A stretch of DNA of 64,000 bases from the NCBI RefSeq assembly GCF_006345805.1, contig NC_043005.1, forward strand, positions 106,826,001 through 106,890,000, in the 5' to 3' direction. The notes under the pieces are model-generated. The model was not told the origin of the DNA. It did no database searches and saw only the letters and a list, made by a program, of their open reading frames with translations. Position numbers and translations under genes: made by a program. This document shows, in pieces, positions 40,839 through 53,299 of the stretch. Each line of letters opens with the position of its first letter. The stretch's first letter is position 1. This DNA comes from Octopus sinensis. Its lineage: Eukaryota.

Positions 40839-41151
40839 AAATCAACACATTTTAAGAATACTATCATAATATTTTATCAGAACTGAGATTTACGCGGATC
40901 GATTTATCTTTGCCTTATATCCACTAATTTCGATGATTTTCCTACATATACAAATCTTAATATTAATATTTATTCATGGATCTCACTCTCTCTCTCTCTC
41001 TGTCTCTTGCTATATATATATATATATATATATATTCACACATTGAATTTGGTGATACTAGTTGCGGATTCTAGCTCGCTCTGATACTGAGTTGAGTTGG
41101 TGCCTTCTAGTATCTCAAAATTCAATATATAATCATTTATGATTATAGTAT

Positions 41152-41251
41152 TCTACGCTGAAGAGAAAAGAAGTTTTGGTAAGGTAGAATTATTTAATAT
41201 TTAATTCTTATGCTTTCCTAAAAACTTGATTTCGAAACGTGCGTCCGTAGA
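41152..41251 (+). ncRNA. Type I hammerhead ribozyme (copy 1)
   Basis: Stem I TCTACG/CGTAGA, core CTGAAGA (41158-41164), long stem II (GAAA/TTTC, AAGTTTT/AAAACTT, AGAATTA/TAATTCT), GAAA-C-GTGC-G-TC, site after 41245. Confidence 0.88.
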
Positions 41252-41744
41252 TAACTTAAAATTGTATGATAGATTGCCGTCAATTCATTCTCTCTTACCT
41301 GTTTGTGTCTGCCTTCCAATTGCTGTTTTTACTGAGATCTCCCTTTTTAGTAGAAGAAATAGCTATAACTCTTTGACTGCTATTTCTAAATTCGGTATGT
41401 GGTAAGGCAATTCGTTGCTAAACCCTTTATTGCTTAGTATTACTTAAATTTTCCTCGAATGAGGCTTTTACATGCCGAAGACTACTTGGTGTAATTGATA
41501 ATTATTCCAAATTAATTAATTTCACCCTTCATTATTACGGATAACCATATTTTATCTCAGTAGATGACCACAGCATCTTGTTTTGGCTACACGCGGGTGG
41601 GAAGGGGCTGGTGACACAATCTTTTCATTCACACATTGAATTTGGTGATACTAGTTGCGGATTCTAGCTCGCTCTGATACTGAGTTGAGTTGGTGCCTTC
41701 TAGTATCTCAAAATTCAATATATAATCATTTATGATTATAGTAT

Positions 41745-41844
41745 TCTACGCTGAAGAGAAAAGAAGTTTTGGTAAGGTAGAATTATTTAATATTTAATTC
41801 TTATGCTTTCCTAAAAACTTGATTTCGAAACGTGCGTCCGTAGA
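41745..41844 (+). ncRNA. Type I hammerhead ribozyme (copy 2)
   Basis: Identical to copy 1; site after 41838. Confidence 0.88.
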
Positions 41845-42032
41845 TAACTTAAAATTGTATGATAGATTGCCGTCAATTCATTCTCTCTTACCTGTTTGTG
41901 TCTGCCTTCCAATTGCTGTTTTTACTGAGATCTCCCATTTTAGTAGAAGAAATAGCTATAACTCTTTGACTGCTATTTCTAAATTCGGTATGTGGTAAAG
42001 CAATTCGTTGCTAAACCTTTATTGCTTAGTAT

Positions 42033-42072
<40 letters not shown>

Positions 42073-42213
42073 TATATATATATTATATATATATACATAC
42101 ACATATATATAGATAGATTGATAAGATATATATAGATATATATATAGTTATAGATATATATATAGATATAATAACAATAATAATAATAATAATAAAAATA
42201 ATAATAATAATAA

Positions 42214-42244
<31 letters not shown>

Positions 42245-42671
42245 TATTATTATTATCATTACTATTATCACTATCATTATTATTATATTATTATTATTAC
42301 TATTATTATTATTATCATTACTATTATCACTATCATTATTATTATTATTAATAACTGGTATTTGTGAAAGGAGCTGTTGATTGACCGGTGCTGCCTGATG
42401 TCTCTTGTACGCGATGTTCTTCCATAGCTAGGATTTATCGGTGGTATTTACAGCTCTGTTCTGCTTCGTTTTCCTCTGCAGATTTCTCCCATTCATAGAT
42501 ATGCTTTCATGACAACTGAGAATTAAATGGATCCAGTTAGTCTTATCTGCTATACGTAAGATGATTTTCCCATTAGTGTAGAGCTTAAAAATGAAGTTAT
42601 GGATACCCTAATTACATCTGCATTTTGATACATACATAGGTACATATGTTACGGCATATGTGTGTGTGTGT

Positions 42672-42732
<61 letters not shown>

Positions 42733-43089
42733 TGTGTGTGTGTCTGTGCGTATACAAACGTTTATGTCGTTGTGCAGTTGGAAATATGTATATCTGAGCC
42801 ACATAATGTTGTAATTTTCCAGTTATGTAATACTGGATATGATATTTAGTTGCGATTATAACAAAAAGATTTTAATATCACCGATTTACTTTATTTTTCC
42901 ACTTGTCTTCGTTCTGTGTAGATTCAGTTCGAATGGGAAATGAATAAACTACAGGTCTAGTTCCGAATTGATTTAATATAACGAATCGAACTTGACAGAT
43001 AACGCCATTAAGTTACATGTATTTTTGTGAGGCACAACTTCCCTGATGCATGATTATATAATTAGTAAATAAGTTTTCAAGTAACACAC

Positions 43090-43120
<31 letters not shown>

Positions 43121-43149
43121 ATAATATATATATATATATACATATATGT

Positions 43150-43358
43150 CACTTGAAAGCTTTGGGTCAGTCACCATGATAGCTCGTTAGCCACTACACA
43201 CATTTCTTCTCTCCTTGTTTTCTCTGTGTCCCTTTCTGTAGAAGAGTGTAGGCTCGAAACGTAAAAGACTTTTTCTATTCCTGAGCGTTATACTAATAGA
43301 TCTGTATGTTTGTACGCCACCTGTCTTCGTCTTTTGTTTTTTTTTCGTAAACTCACCC
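43150..43358 (+). mobile_element. Short (TA)n-flanked repeat carrying a minimal hammerhead-like motif
   Basis: CTTT-CTGTAGA-A-GAG-TGTAGG-CTC-GAAACGTA-AAAG at 43232-43267. Confidence 0.6.
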
Positions 43359-43373
43359 TATATATATATATAT

Positions 43374-43407
<34 letters not shown>

Positions 43408-43799
43408 ATATATGTATTGAACAAAATATTAGATAATATTACACTAAACCCCAAAGAAGCACGGTATTTCAATGTGGTATAAGTTCATTGCTATAAGATC
43501 AAAATTATTGAATATTTGGTTACTGATTCATTACGTTACAGTATTACATTCAAAGCTTGTCGTGATTTAGAGTGAAGATGGATGGACTCAGCTCAAGCGA
43601 TTTGTACGAGAAATGTTATATGAAAGTGGTATGCATATACATAAACATACACGCATGCTCGAGCGAACACACAAATATACATAGGTCAATTATCAGCATC
43701 CAATATGAAGAACATCACCATACAAACCATGTCAATAAACATTAATACACGCACACCTTCACAGCCATCTTACTTTTAGTGTCATTAACACCAGCTCCA

Positions 43800-44250
43800 A
43801 AGGCGGCCTTCTGGCTGGGTGAAATGCTTAACAGTATTTCGTTTGTCTTTGTGTTCTGAGTTCAAATTGCGCCGAGGTCGACTTTGCCTTCTCATCCTTT
43901 CGGGGTCGATAAATTAAGTACCAGTTACGCACTGGGGTCGATGTAATCGCCTTAATCCGTTTGTCTGTCCTTGTTTATCCCCTTTATGTTTAGCTCCTTG
44001 TGGGCAATAAAGAAATAAGAAACGTTAGCACGCTGGGCGGAATGCTTAGCGGTATTTCGTCTGCCGTTACGTTCTGAGTTCAAATTCCGCCAAAGTCAAC
44101 TTTGCCTCTCTTCCTTTCGGGGTCGATGAAATAAGTTCCAGTTGAATACTGAAGTCGATGTAATAAAGACCAGATGAGCACTGGGGTCAATGTAGTATTT
44201 GCTCCCTTCGCTAAATTCCGGGCTGAGTGCTAATAACAGAAAGGAATATT
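43800..44250 (+). mobile_element. SINE family B dimer
   Basis: The first unit ends GGCAATAAAGAAATA and joins AGAAACGTTAGCACG of a second unit at about 44018. Confidence 0.85.
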
Positions 44251-47184
44251 ATACACTATTCAAAAACTATGGGTATCAGATGCATTAAACAGAAGAAAAT
44301 AGACCGTTGATGAAACAGAATTGTTAGAAGCTTCTTCTCGCGGGTATCACTTGAACTTCCAGAAATAGCAACCGAAATGTCATCAAATCATATTCCACAT
44401 TTCTAAAAAAGAAAAAAAGAGAAATATTAGTGAATGAGATCCATGATTCCATGCGTTTAGAACAAATATTAGATTGCTATGGCGAGGATGTTTTGGATCA
44501 TATTCTCTTCGATCAACATTGATTTAAACCGATCAGCGGCATCACCAAAACCATCGATCCCGAAAGAAAGAAAGGCAATAATATCACAAACCACATCCAC
44601 AATACTTAATCTGTCGTAAACATAATGTCTAGAACCACAAATACCAACAGCATTACCAACACCACTACTTTCATCATTGCAACAGCCACTACTTTCATCA
44701 TTGCAACAGCCACTACTTTCACCGTCACTGGTTTTACAACAATTTTTGCCATCCAGTTTTTCATGGTTTATAGTATTTCTTCCTGTGCTGACACTAGATG
44801 TCTATATATGTCCTACAAAAGAAAATTGCAATTTAATTATGATTGAACTTCTAAACAAGAACCACCCCGTCGTGCCTTTAAGTTTAGATCCCCTTCATTT
44901 AACCCTTTATCTTCCACCATTTAATCTTATTATATAGCAATCAAATATGTGTGTGCATGTGTATATAAATATACATAGACACAAATATTTACACACACAC
45001 ACACACATACACACACATATATGTAATGATTATATAAATGAAAAATGTAAAAAATATTTACATGCATACTCTACACTTATGTATTAATCTATATAGATAC
45101 ATGCATAAATGTGTGTATGTGTGTGTGCATGTGTGCTCGTGTGTATGTGTGCGCACTCTTTTCGCTCCTAAACCTACGCCAGCACACATATTATGTCACT
45201 TCAGCTCTTAATCTATTTTTCACCAATTTAAACTTCCCTGTATTGTTTGGAGACAAATCAGAGTTTTTATCTATCATCCACCGTCTCGTACAGCCACTCA
45301 CTTTCCCTCCCTCGCCCTCTCTCTCTCTTTCATTTCCTCTTTTATGTCATTATATCTCTCCTTATCTCCCCTGTCTCTCTCTATCCCTCTGTCTTTTTCC
45401 CCCTCTCTTTCTTTCTTTCCCTCTCTGTCTCTGAACACATGCATATACATCACAGACACAGAATGAAACTGAGAAGATTAGTAATTTTTTTCTAATTATA
45501 AATAATCATAACATACATAAATCCAGAGCAACACATATTCGTATGTGTGTGTGTATAACTATATATGTGCGTGCGTGTACATATATATTTGTGTGTGTAT
45601 ATATATATATATATACATAGTTACCATGTGGATGCCTGTGTATAATATTTTATCTGATCAGAAGAGACGAACCAAACGACTCCATTGAGTCTGAACAAAT
45701 AATAAATAAATAAATAAATAAATGCATAGTATATAAACGTTTCGGCCGAACATCTTTTACCCACCACCACCACTGCCACCGGCGCTGCACCTCATCTACA
45801 ATGATCCACCATTCCCAGACCTCTCCAACTCACCTCGCCATCACTCAGCTATCCTTACCGACCAATCACCTGCCTGAGTACCTCCTACATGTCCCCTTTA
45901 TTATGGCTTTATCTCCAAACTGTAATCTCTCCCTCTACCTACCTACCTACCTACCTACCTCTCTCTCTCTCTTTGGTTCTCATTCTTTCCCTCTCTATTT
46001 CTGTTTATCCTTCTCTCTCTCTCTCATTAATAAATAGTGTAACTGTATACTTAGCCGTTCTGTCATTAAAGCATGACTCCATTCGCCGCTTTTCTTTTTT
46101 AACTGGTGATGCAATGATACTGTAGTTGTTGTTGATTTGGTTGATATTATTGGCATCGAAGGTGTGACTGTTGCTGTTGTTGTTGTTGTCGTTGCTGCTG
46201 CTGCTACTGCTGCTGCTTCAACTGCTTTTATTTAGCACAACGTCAATCCTGATCCAGTCGACCGACCAGACCTATATTCTAAGACATTCCATCCATGAAC
46301 CATCCACCATTTTATGTAACAAGGATTATATTTTTCAATGTGTCTTTCCTTTTGTTTTTAATGATGGTTTGATGTAATTTCATGAATAGTTATCTGACAT
46401 TTCCTGCTTGCAGTTTTACCACGTAGAGGTTTCCTCGGCCTTGATAAAATTAGAGTTGATACCGAACTGAGATCGTGAGTTTGGACCGCCAGGTTTGTGA
46501 CTATTGTTGTCGTTGCTGCTTGCACATATGGTGATATAGACGAGATCTCGTGACGTTGGAAAAACGCCAGTAGTGCACGACTAAACGAATTCACACATGG
46601 CTGTGAGCTTAACGCAACATTTCGTAAATACATGGCGTCAAGTTGGATGAAATAGTGTGACAACTTGAACCAGACTACTCACCCCATAGCGTCATCAGGT
46701 TGACTAAAACCTTGAGACAAAAATCTTGTGTCCACAACCTGTGAAGAGAAGACTTTCCTAAAAACTAGGGTCTCTATTTTCATAACAGTATACATAGTTT
46801 TCTGTTAAACTCCTAGACTTCTGGGGCCTCCGGGGAACTGCTTAGAGACCGCAAAGCCACCATGTGATTGAGTCCTTTACATAGTTTACTTTATTTGAAT
46901 TCCAGTCTGAGGATAATTTATTCTGTGACGTACGTTCGGAAAAGTATGGCGGGCGCTGCCCCGTCACCCGATGACTACTCAAATAAAAGCAATTAGCTGT
47001 ACTTACTTACGTTCAGCTAATTTCAGCTAACACATGAGTTCATATCCCAAGAAGCTTATCGTTTATATTTCATCGTTTCACTGGCCTTGATAAACATACC
47101 AGCGATATACATACTGGCTTCGATTTATTAGACCACATTGGCTAATTGACTGAAAGCAACGGGGGCAGTTTCTGTTACTCTTTC

Positions 47185-47402
47185 AGATATTGCTTTCAAT
47201 ATCTAGCACAAGTCCAGTAAGTTTGGGAGAGGGGATAAGTCGATTACATCGATTCCAGTGCTCAGTTTATGCTTATTTTATCGATTTCGAATGGATAAAA
47301 AGTCGACTTCGGAAGGATATGAAATCAGAGCGTTCAGAAGGATGAAATGTCCCCCAAAACATTTTTGCTCGATGTGATAACGGTTCTGTCAGCTCACCGC
47401 CT
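47185..47402 (-). mobile_element. SINE family B, diverged
   Basis: GTCGATTACATCGA..CCAGTG...GTCGACTTCGG...TCTGTCAGCTCACCGCC is the reverse of the family B body and head. Confidence 0.75.
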
Positions 47403-48109
47403 TATGGTTCTTTTAGATATTACTACGGATGTTTTGTTTAGGCCCAAGTCAAGTTTTAGTGAATATTTCTATGATCAAAAGCATTCCATGACAATCTTGG
47501 CTTTTCTTGCGTATCTAATCATTGTGTATGCACCTTCCTTTTTCCAAACGATGTCATTCGAGTTCCGATTGAATGCTATCTCAAGAACGTGAAATATCAC
47601 GTATAGAATGAGGGCAGTAAAACCTAATTGTCACTCGAAGACATTTACCACCACATGATATCAAAAGTAAATTAATCCATTTCATCTTCACTTGTAAGGC
47701 TATTTCGAGAAAAGGGATTATAGCCACAAAATCCCTTTCATCTGTTAAGTACACCGTTAATGCGAAGCTAAACGATATTCTTAATTTCTAATTTCTAACT
47801 GAAGTTTATACACACTGCACACACACACACATGCATACACACATACATGCACACGCACTCACGCACGCGCGCGCACACACACACTCACACACACAGATAC
47901 AAACATGTATATATTTCGTTTTACGCTAAGGAGCAGTGGACGGTGCAAGTATTTTCGACTCGAGTCAAATTTAACAAACCACTCCAAATTCTTGTTAGAC
48001 TATCCGCATAAGTGGAGACAAGATCGACTAGTTTGTATTGTCATCGTGTCGTAGTAGATGTAGTACGTGTTAAATGATTTCAAAATATCACCATTTTGTT
48101 TGACCTCAT

Positions 48110-48400
48110 AATTACAACAATATTTAAAGGATTCATTGGACACAGTGTAAGGCGACTGTTGTTATCGTTAGGCCTAACTCACCGTAAAGCAAATACCACC
48201 ACGAATGATATCCAGGCTGCAATGAAGAAGGCAAGCCAGTGGATTTCATTTAAAAGACACGATGAGCAATGGCTCGAAGAATATTGAGCAAAACCTGATA
48301 ACCAGTTCATCTAGCAAGCGGAGCCTCATTTTAGTCAGTGGGGGCCGATACGCAATGATGTCGTCTAGAGTTAGGCCCCGAAACGGGGCACATTCTCTCT
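48110..48400 (+). pseudogene. HERO/R2-superfamily non-LTR retrotransposon 3' end
   Basis: KGFIGHSVRRLLLSLGL...IQAAMKKASQWISFKRHDEQWLEEY* resembles the GCRGF...AAERAS.W.W.KR C-terminus of RLE elements. Confidence 0.6.
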
Positions 48401-48619
48401 TAATGAATCTATATAATTACTAGCATCAAGTATGAGGATTTTTCAACTGGTACGACATGATTCTGCCAGTTCTTTGCAAGTTGTATGTGTATGTGTGAGT
48501 GTGTTGTGTCATTATATATGTGCGTGTGTTTTCGCCCGCGCGTGTGTGCCTTAGTAAAGTAACACTTCCTCTGTAGTGCTACGTCTACCTTGTCTTCTTC
48601 ATTTCTAATGTGTCCCAAA

Positions 48620-49510
48620 CAGAAGTAAGAAATCATCATTGAATCCTTCCTTGAGGGTCAAAAGCTGTCCAACATTCACAAGAAGCTATGTGGGTTTTCC
48701 AGAGACAACCTCATTTACAAGATCAATGTGGAAGAATTTTAGAGGAGGGGAAACAAGCATTGAAGAAAAACCACTAATTGGGAGATCCTCAGTTGACATG
48801 GGACACCAGCGAGGGGACAAAATGATTCGCATGGAAAAGTGAGTCATAATCCGAAGCTTTGTGACACGAACGGTCTGTAGTCCCAACGTCGTATAAATGA
48901 TGGTGGAAGATACTGAATATCAGAAAATGTGTGTAAAGTGGATGCTTCCACCACTGAAACCAATTTAAAGGGAAAATGGTTCAAAGCTGTTCTGATCTAC
49001 TGAAAGCATTTCAAAGCAATGAATTGACACGTTTTTCCGGTTTGGAATGTTGTTATGAAACGACGATATATCTTTATGATCTGGAAACGAAGGCTCACTT
49101 CATAGAATGGCATCGCATCCGTTCTTCATGACCTAGGAAGTTCGAGAGTAAACAACCAGCACAGAATATAATGGTGACTGTTTTTGGAATGACAATGGTG
49201 TCATTATCCATGGTTTTTGTGGAAAGGGATTGTGCCGTGAACAGCCACTAATCACATCGAGACACTCAAATTTATAGCGAATCCATTAGGAGGAAGATAT
49301 TGAACAAGAATCTAAAAGCTATCGGTATTTAATGAGTGATAGTGCGTTGTCACACAATGCATAGTCTGTTATATGAAGCAATTGGCAAATCCGACCGGTC
49401 AGTAATCCTCCATCCACTATACGGTCCGGAACGGGAGTCCTTCGAATCAAACATTCGGCTCAGTGAAACGCAGGTACCAATGGAAACGATTTGATGACAC
49501 GGTCAGTCAT
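48620..49510 (+). pseudogene. mariner transposase fossil
   Basis: YQKMCVKWMLP (48918), YETTIYLYDLETKAHFIEWH (49054), NIMVTVF, HPLYGPE (49411, YSPDL-like); many stops and frameshifts. Confidence 0.8.
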
Positions 49511-50897
49511 CTAAAACTTTTGATCACGCCACGACGTGTATTTGTGCACCGAGTTAAGTAAGTACTTGAAGCACATGCACCTCATAGTTCTAGCTTTCCC
49601 ACATCTGCACAGGCAACTGTCTTTCAGGCGGATCGAATGAAAATATAAATCTAGCTGGTCACACACGATATCATTTTCATGAGTAGAGCGTTGGAACGGA
49701 GTCTGTTCTCTTTGATACAGAGTTAATGAGGATTTTCGAGTTACCACTTGATTGGTATGAAATGATAACAGCATCATCTATTATATGAAATAACAATTGT
49801 CTACGTTTAGGTATGTGCATTATATCCGTCTGCCTCTGTGTGTATATCTATATATATATGTATTTGTACATATATATGTGTGTGTGTGTGTGTGCATATA
49901 CATATGATGTGTATATGATGTGTATATATGTATGTGTGTGTGTGTGTGTGAGTATATCGGAATAGCTATAATGTAATTAGAATGAACTGAAAGACATATA
50001 AAGTAATACATCCATAAGTGAGGTCTGTAAAACAACGAAATCTGTAATGTTCAAACTGTATGTATGAATTTATTGTTGTATAGATGTCTAAAATAAAACA
50101 CACACACACACACACACACACACTTATACAGACACACCGACACACCACATGCATACACACCACATAGAGAGCACACATCGCATACAGCACACTCTATCAC
50201 GCACACACTCTCCTCCTCTCCCTTTCTCTCTCCTTTCATATCTCTCTCTCTCTCTCTCTCTCTCCAATGTTTCAGATTGCTATAGTTCTGCACTCACATG
50301 TCTCCGATGAGATTCAAGAATTATACAAAAATAAAAAGCCAAACGAACGTTTTTTGTTTTCTCTTTTCTTTTTGTCTTCCTTACCACAAGAAAAGACTAG
50401 TATTATATAATTATATATATTTAGTTTTTACTTACAGTTATTTGCAAAGTTCTGTCGGAATAGTATTTTAATTGCAGTTACTCTGTACTTTTCGCGTGTT
50501 TATGTAATTTTACAGCGTAATTCGATATGCAGGGGAGAATAACATACAAAAGCATCTGACAATTTATAAAAGGCAACTAATGTAATAATGGTATATTATG
50601 TAACAGAAGCAACATTTTCTAATATATTATCTGAAATAAACATGAAATACAAAACCATTGAAATAACTTTGTAAGATTAGTATCAGACCAAAAATAAAAT
50701 CCGAAATGTATAAACAGGTGATGAGATGGAAATTATCAGAGAGCAAAGAACAAAAAAATGAAAAAGAGATAATAAAGAAACCCATCACAAACGAATATGT
50801 TAAATTACATTAAACGATTATTTATAAAAGTGGACAAGCAATGTATTCAAACATGCACCAAAAATCAACGATGGTATAACATTTGCGATAGCAGGTG

Positions 50898-50944
50898 CAC
50901 TACTACTACCACCACCACCACCACCACCACCACTACTACTACTT

Positions 50945-50975
<31 letters not shown>

Positions 50976-51126
50976 AACTACTACTACTACTACTACTTCT
51001 ACAACTACTACTGCTACTTCTACAACTACTACTTCTTCAACTACTTCTACTACTACTACTACTATTATTACTACTACTACTACTACTACTGCTTCTACAA
51101 CAACAACTACTACTACTACTACTACT
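50898..51126. repeat. (ACT/ACC)n trinucleotide tract
   Basis: Seen directly in the sequence. Confidence 0.95.
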
Positions 51127-51359
51127 GATTTCTGAAATAGATCAAATGCCACACGTATATATGATGTCAGTACTCAACTGCAGCATTTTTATCCCCCCCC
51201 CCCAGCCGCCTGAAACAAAGAGTCGACTGCTGAGATATTTAATCTCAGAGAGTAAAGGGAAATAACTAAATGCCGAATGTATTTTGCCTGCTGCTCAAGT
51301 AATCTTCCTACTTCATCCCTTTTAGTAATAAATATAATTCTAATATGAAACATAAATCA

Positions 51360-51573
51360 GGCAGCGAACTGGTAGAATCGTTAGCACTCCAGGTGAAATG
51401 GTTAGCGGCATTTTTGTCAGTCTTTCCTTTCTTAGTTCAAATTCCGTCGAGGTCGACTTTGCATTGTATCCTCCTGGGGTCAATAAAATAAGTACCAGTT
51501 GAACCCTAGGGTAGTTGTAATCGTCTTACCTCTCTCCCGAAATTTCTGACCTTGTACCAAATTTCAAACCAAT
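51360..51573 (+). mobile_element. SINE family B, diverged full-length copy
   Basis: GGCAGCGAACTGGTAGAATCGTTAGCAC...AGTTCAAATTCC..GAGGTCGACTTTGC. A decayed minus-strand copy lies just upstream (about 51170-51310). Confidence 0.8.
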
Positions 51574-51818
51574 ATTTAATATCTAAGCGACCATTCAGAT
51601 CACTCTGTGAAATGTGATGATTATTTATTCACGTTGGTTTGAATTAACCCTGTTTGAATTAATCCCACGAGGTAGTTACTTGTATAGTAATGCTTTTATA
51701 TATGGAAGAGAAATACCGTGGTGAAAACCTGACACCCCTGTGGGATAGCCAGTGAACTGTCCTAAACTTTATAAAAGCGCATATGTACTGACCGTTCGAG
51801 GTACAGTGTGGAGTGTGC

Positions 51819-52166
51819 AGTCGCATTTGTGAAAGCAGTCGTAGAAGTCGATGAGAAGAGATATAATTTTGTTACGTGTTTGTTACTGATTTAGTTTTTG
51901 TAGTGTTATGACACTATTACCGTGTAGTCAATATTCAAACTCATGGACATAATAGTGGCGACGAGGATGGGATAAAATACTTCAAAATCGGTGACAAGGC
52001 ATTTTTTAAATATACAGAAATGTTATGGAAATTTGGGAAGAAGATATAAGTAAACGCTTAGGAAAAATAGTGTACACTGTAAAAGGTGATACGTGGGAGT
52101 CGCATTTGTGAAAGCAGGCGTAGAAGTCGTTGAGAAGAGATATAAGTTTGTTACGTGTTTGTTACT
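51819..52166. repeat. 69-bp direct repeat, period 279
   Basis: 51819-51887 and 52098-52166, with 3 mismatches. Confidence 0.9.
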
Positions 52167-53089
52167 TAGAAAATTAATATTTTAAAATTTCACGACGTGA
52201 GATATTCAGTAACAGTACTTTGTAGTAAAGATTGTTTGCCAACATAACATGGCAGTCCTGGTTTAGGACGAATGTTGCTGTAATTTAGCCCCAGGAGACA
52301 TCGTCGCCAGCTGGCTATACGACACGATCTTATATTTTCGAAAATTTATGTATGTCTTCAGGGTGTGTTTCTGCGAAATTTGGTATTGCGATCATACTTC
52401 ATAAATTCTGATTTTTGTAAGGCTAACAGGTCGACCCTATTAATTAATTTATCTATCAGTTTAGCTTGTTGACTATCACAACAGCTGTACGATTGTTACA
52501 ATGAGTGACGTTGTTTGTTATGAAACTCATAATATTTTCTGGAGTTTAATTGATGAATTCGTCAAGGTTCCTAATTTTCCCCGACGCGATAAGAACGTTG
52601 CTTTGAACGTTACATAATAACATTGTATAATAACATATATTTTCTCGAATTTGTTCAATTTATTCGCGTACTGCTGTATTTGATGAATCGGAAAATGTTG
52701 TGTCCAAATTTTGTGAGTAATTTGTTGGCAGGAAAGCATTTCTTGTCCCTAGTATTGTATTTAGTTTACGTGTACATCTATCGTTGTTTCCATCTGTCAA
52801 TAAGTCATTTGATCTAAACCTATGTCGTTATATCATCGATTATCTTAAGGGGAGATCAAATGTTTAACGTTAAGTAGATATTGATAACAGCGGGTAAACT
52901 GTACTTAGTACTCCTATCTATAAAACCAAGAGAGCCGTATGTTAATTGTGAAGTGAAATGTGTGGGAAGTGGAGGGTTTAATGCCTAACAATGTCTAGTT
53001 GTTTCATATGGGAGTAAATCTTCAGGCTTGTGTAACATTAAGAATATATATAGAATATATCTTATATAGGGTTTAAGAAATATATTCTT

Positions 53090-53295
53090 TAATTCTTTTA
53101 CTCATTTCAGTGATTAGCCTGCGGCTACGCGAGATAGAAACTGGGCCATTTTAATCTGTGATATGGCCTTTAAAATAGATTCCGTCTGTCTAATTCCAAT
53201 GACTAATTATGTGTAAACATGTTCTGGAATGAGATCGAACCCGGTAATTCGTGCTTCCCGAGTGAACTACTTAACTATCCAATCATACAGCACCA
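53090..53295 (-). mobile_element. Degenerate SINE family A-like copy
   Basis: Tail TTCTTTTACTCATTTCAGTGATTAG.CTGCGGC and head GATCGAACCCGG...CTACTTAAC. Confidence 0.6.
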
Positions 53296-53299
53296 CCTA

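Larger units (their letters stand above)
41034..42036 (+). mobile_element. Retrozyme/Penelope-pLTR-like element: about 411-bp direct repeats with a 593-bp period
   Basis: Repeats 41034-41444 and 41627-42036 differ at about 3 positions; 182-bp spacer; (TA)n on both sides; no ORF. Confidence 0.85.

Noticed and set aside
42482-42555. Strong acceptor and GTAAGA donor pair
   Set aside because: All three frames contain stops; it could only be a UTR or terminal exon and has no other support.
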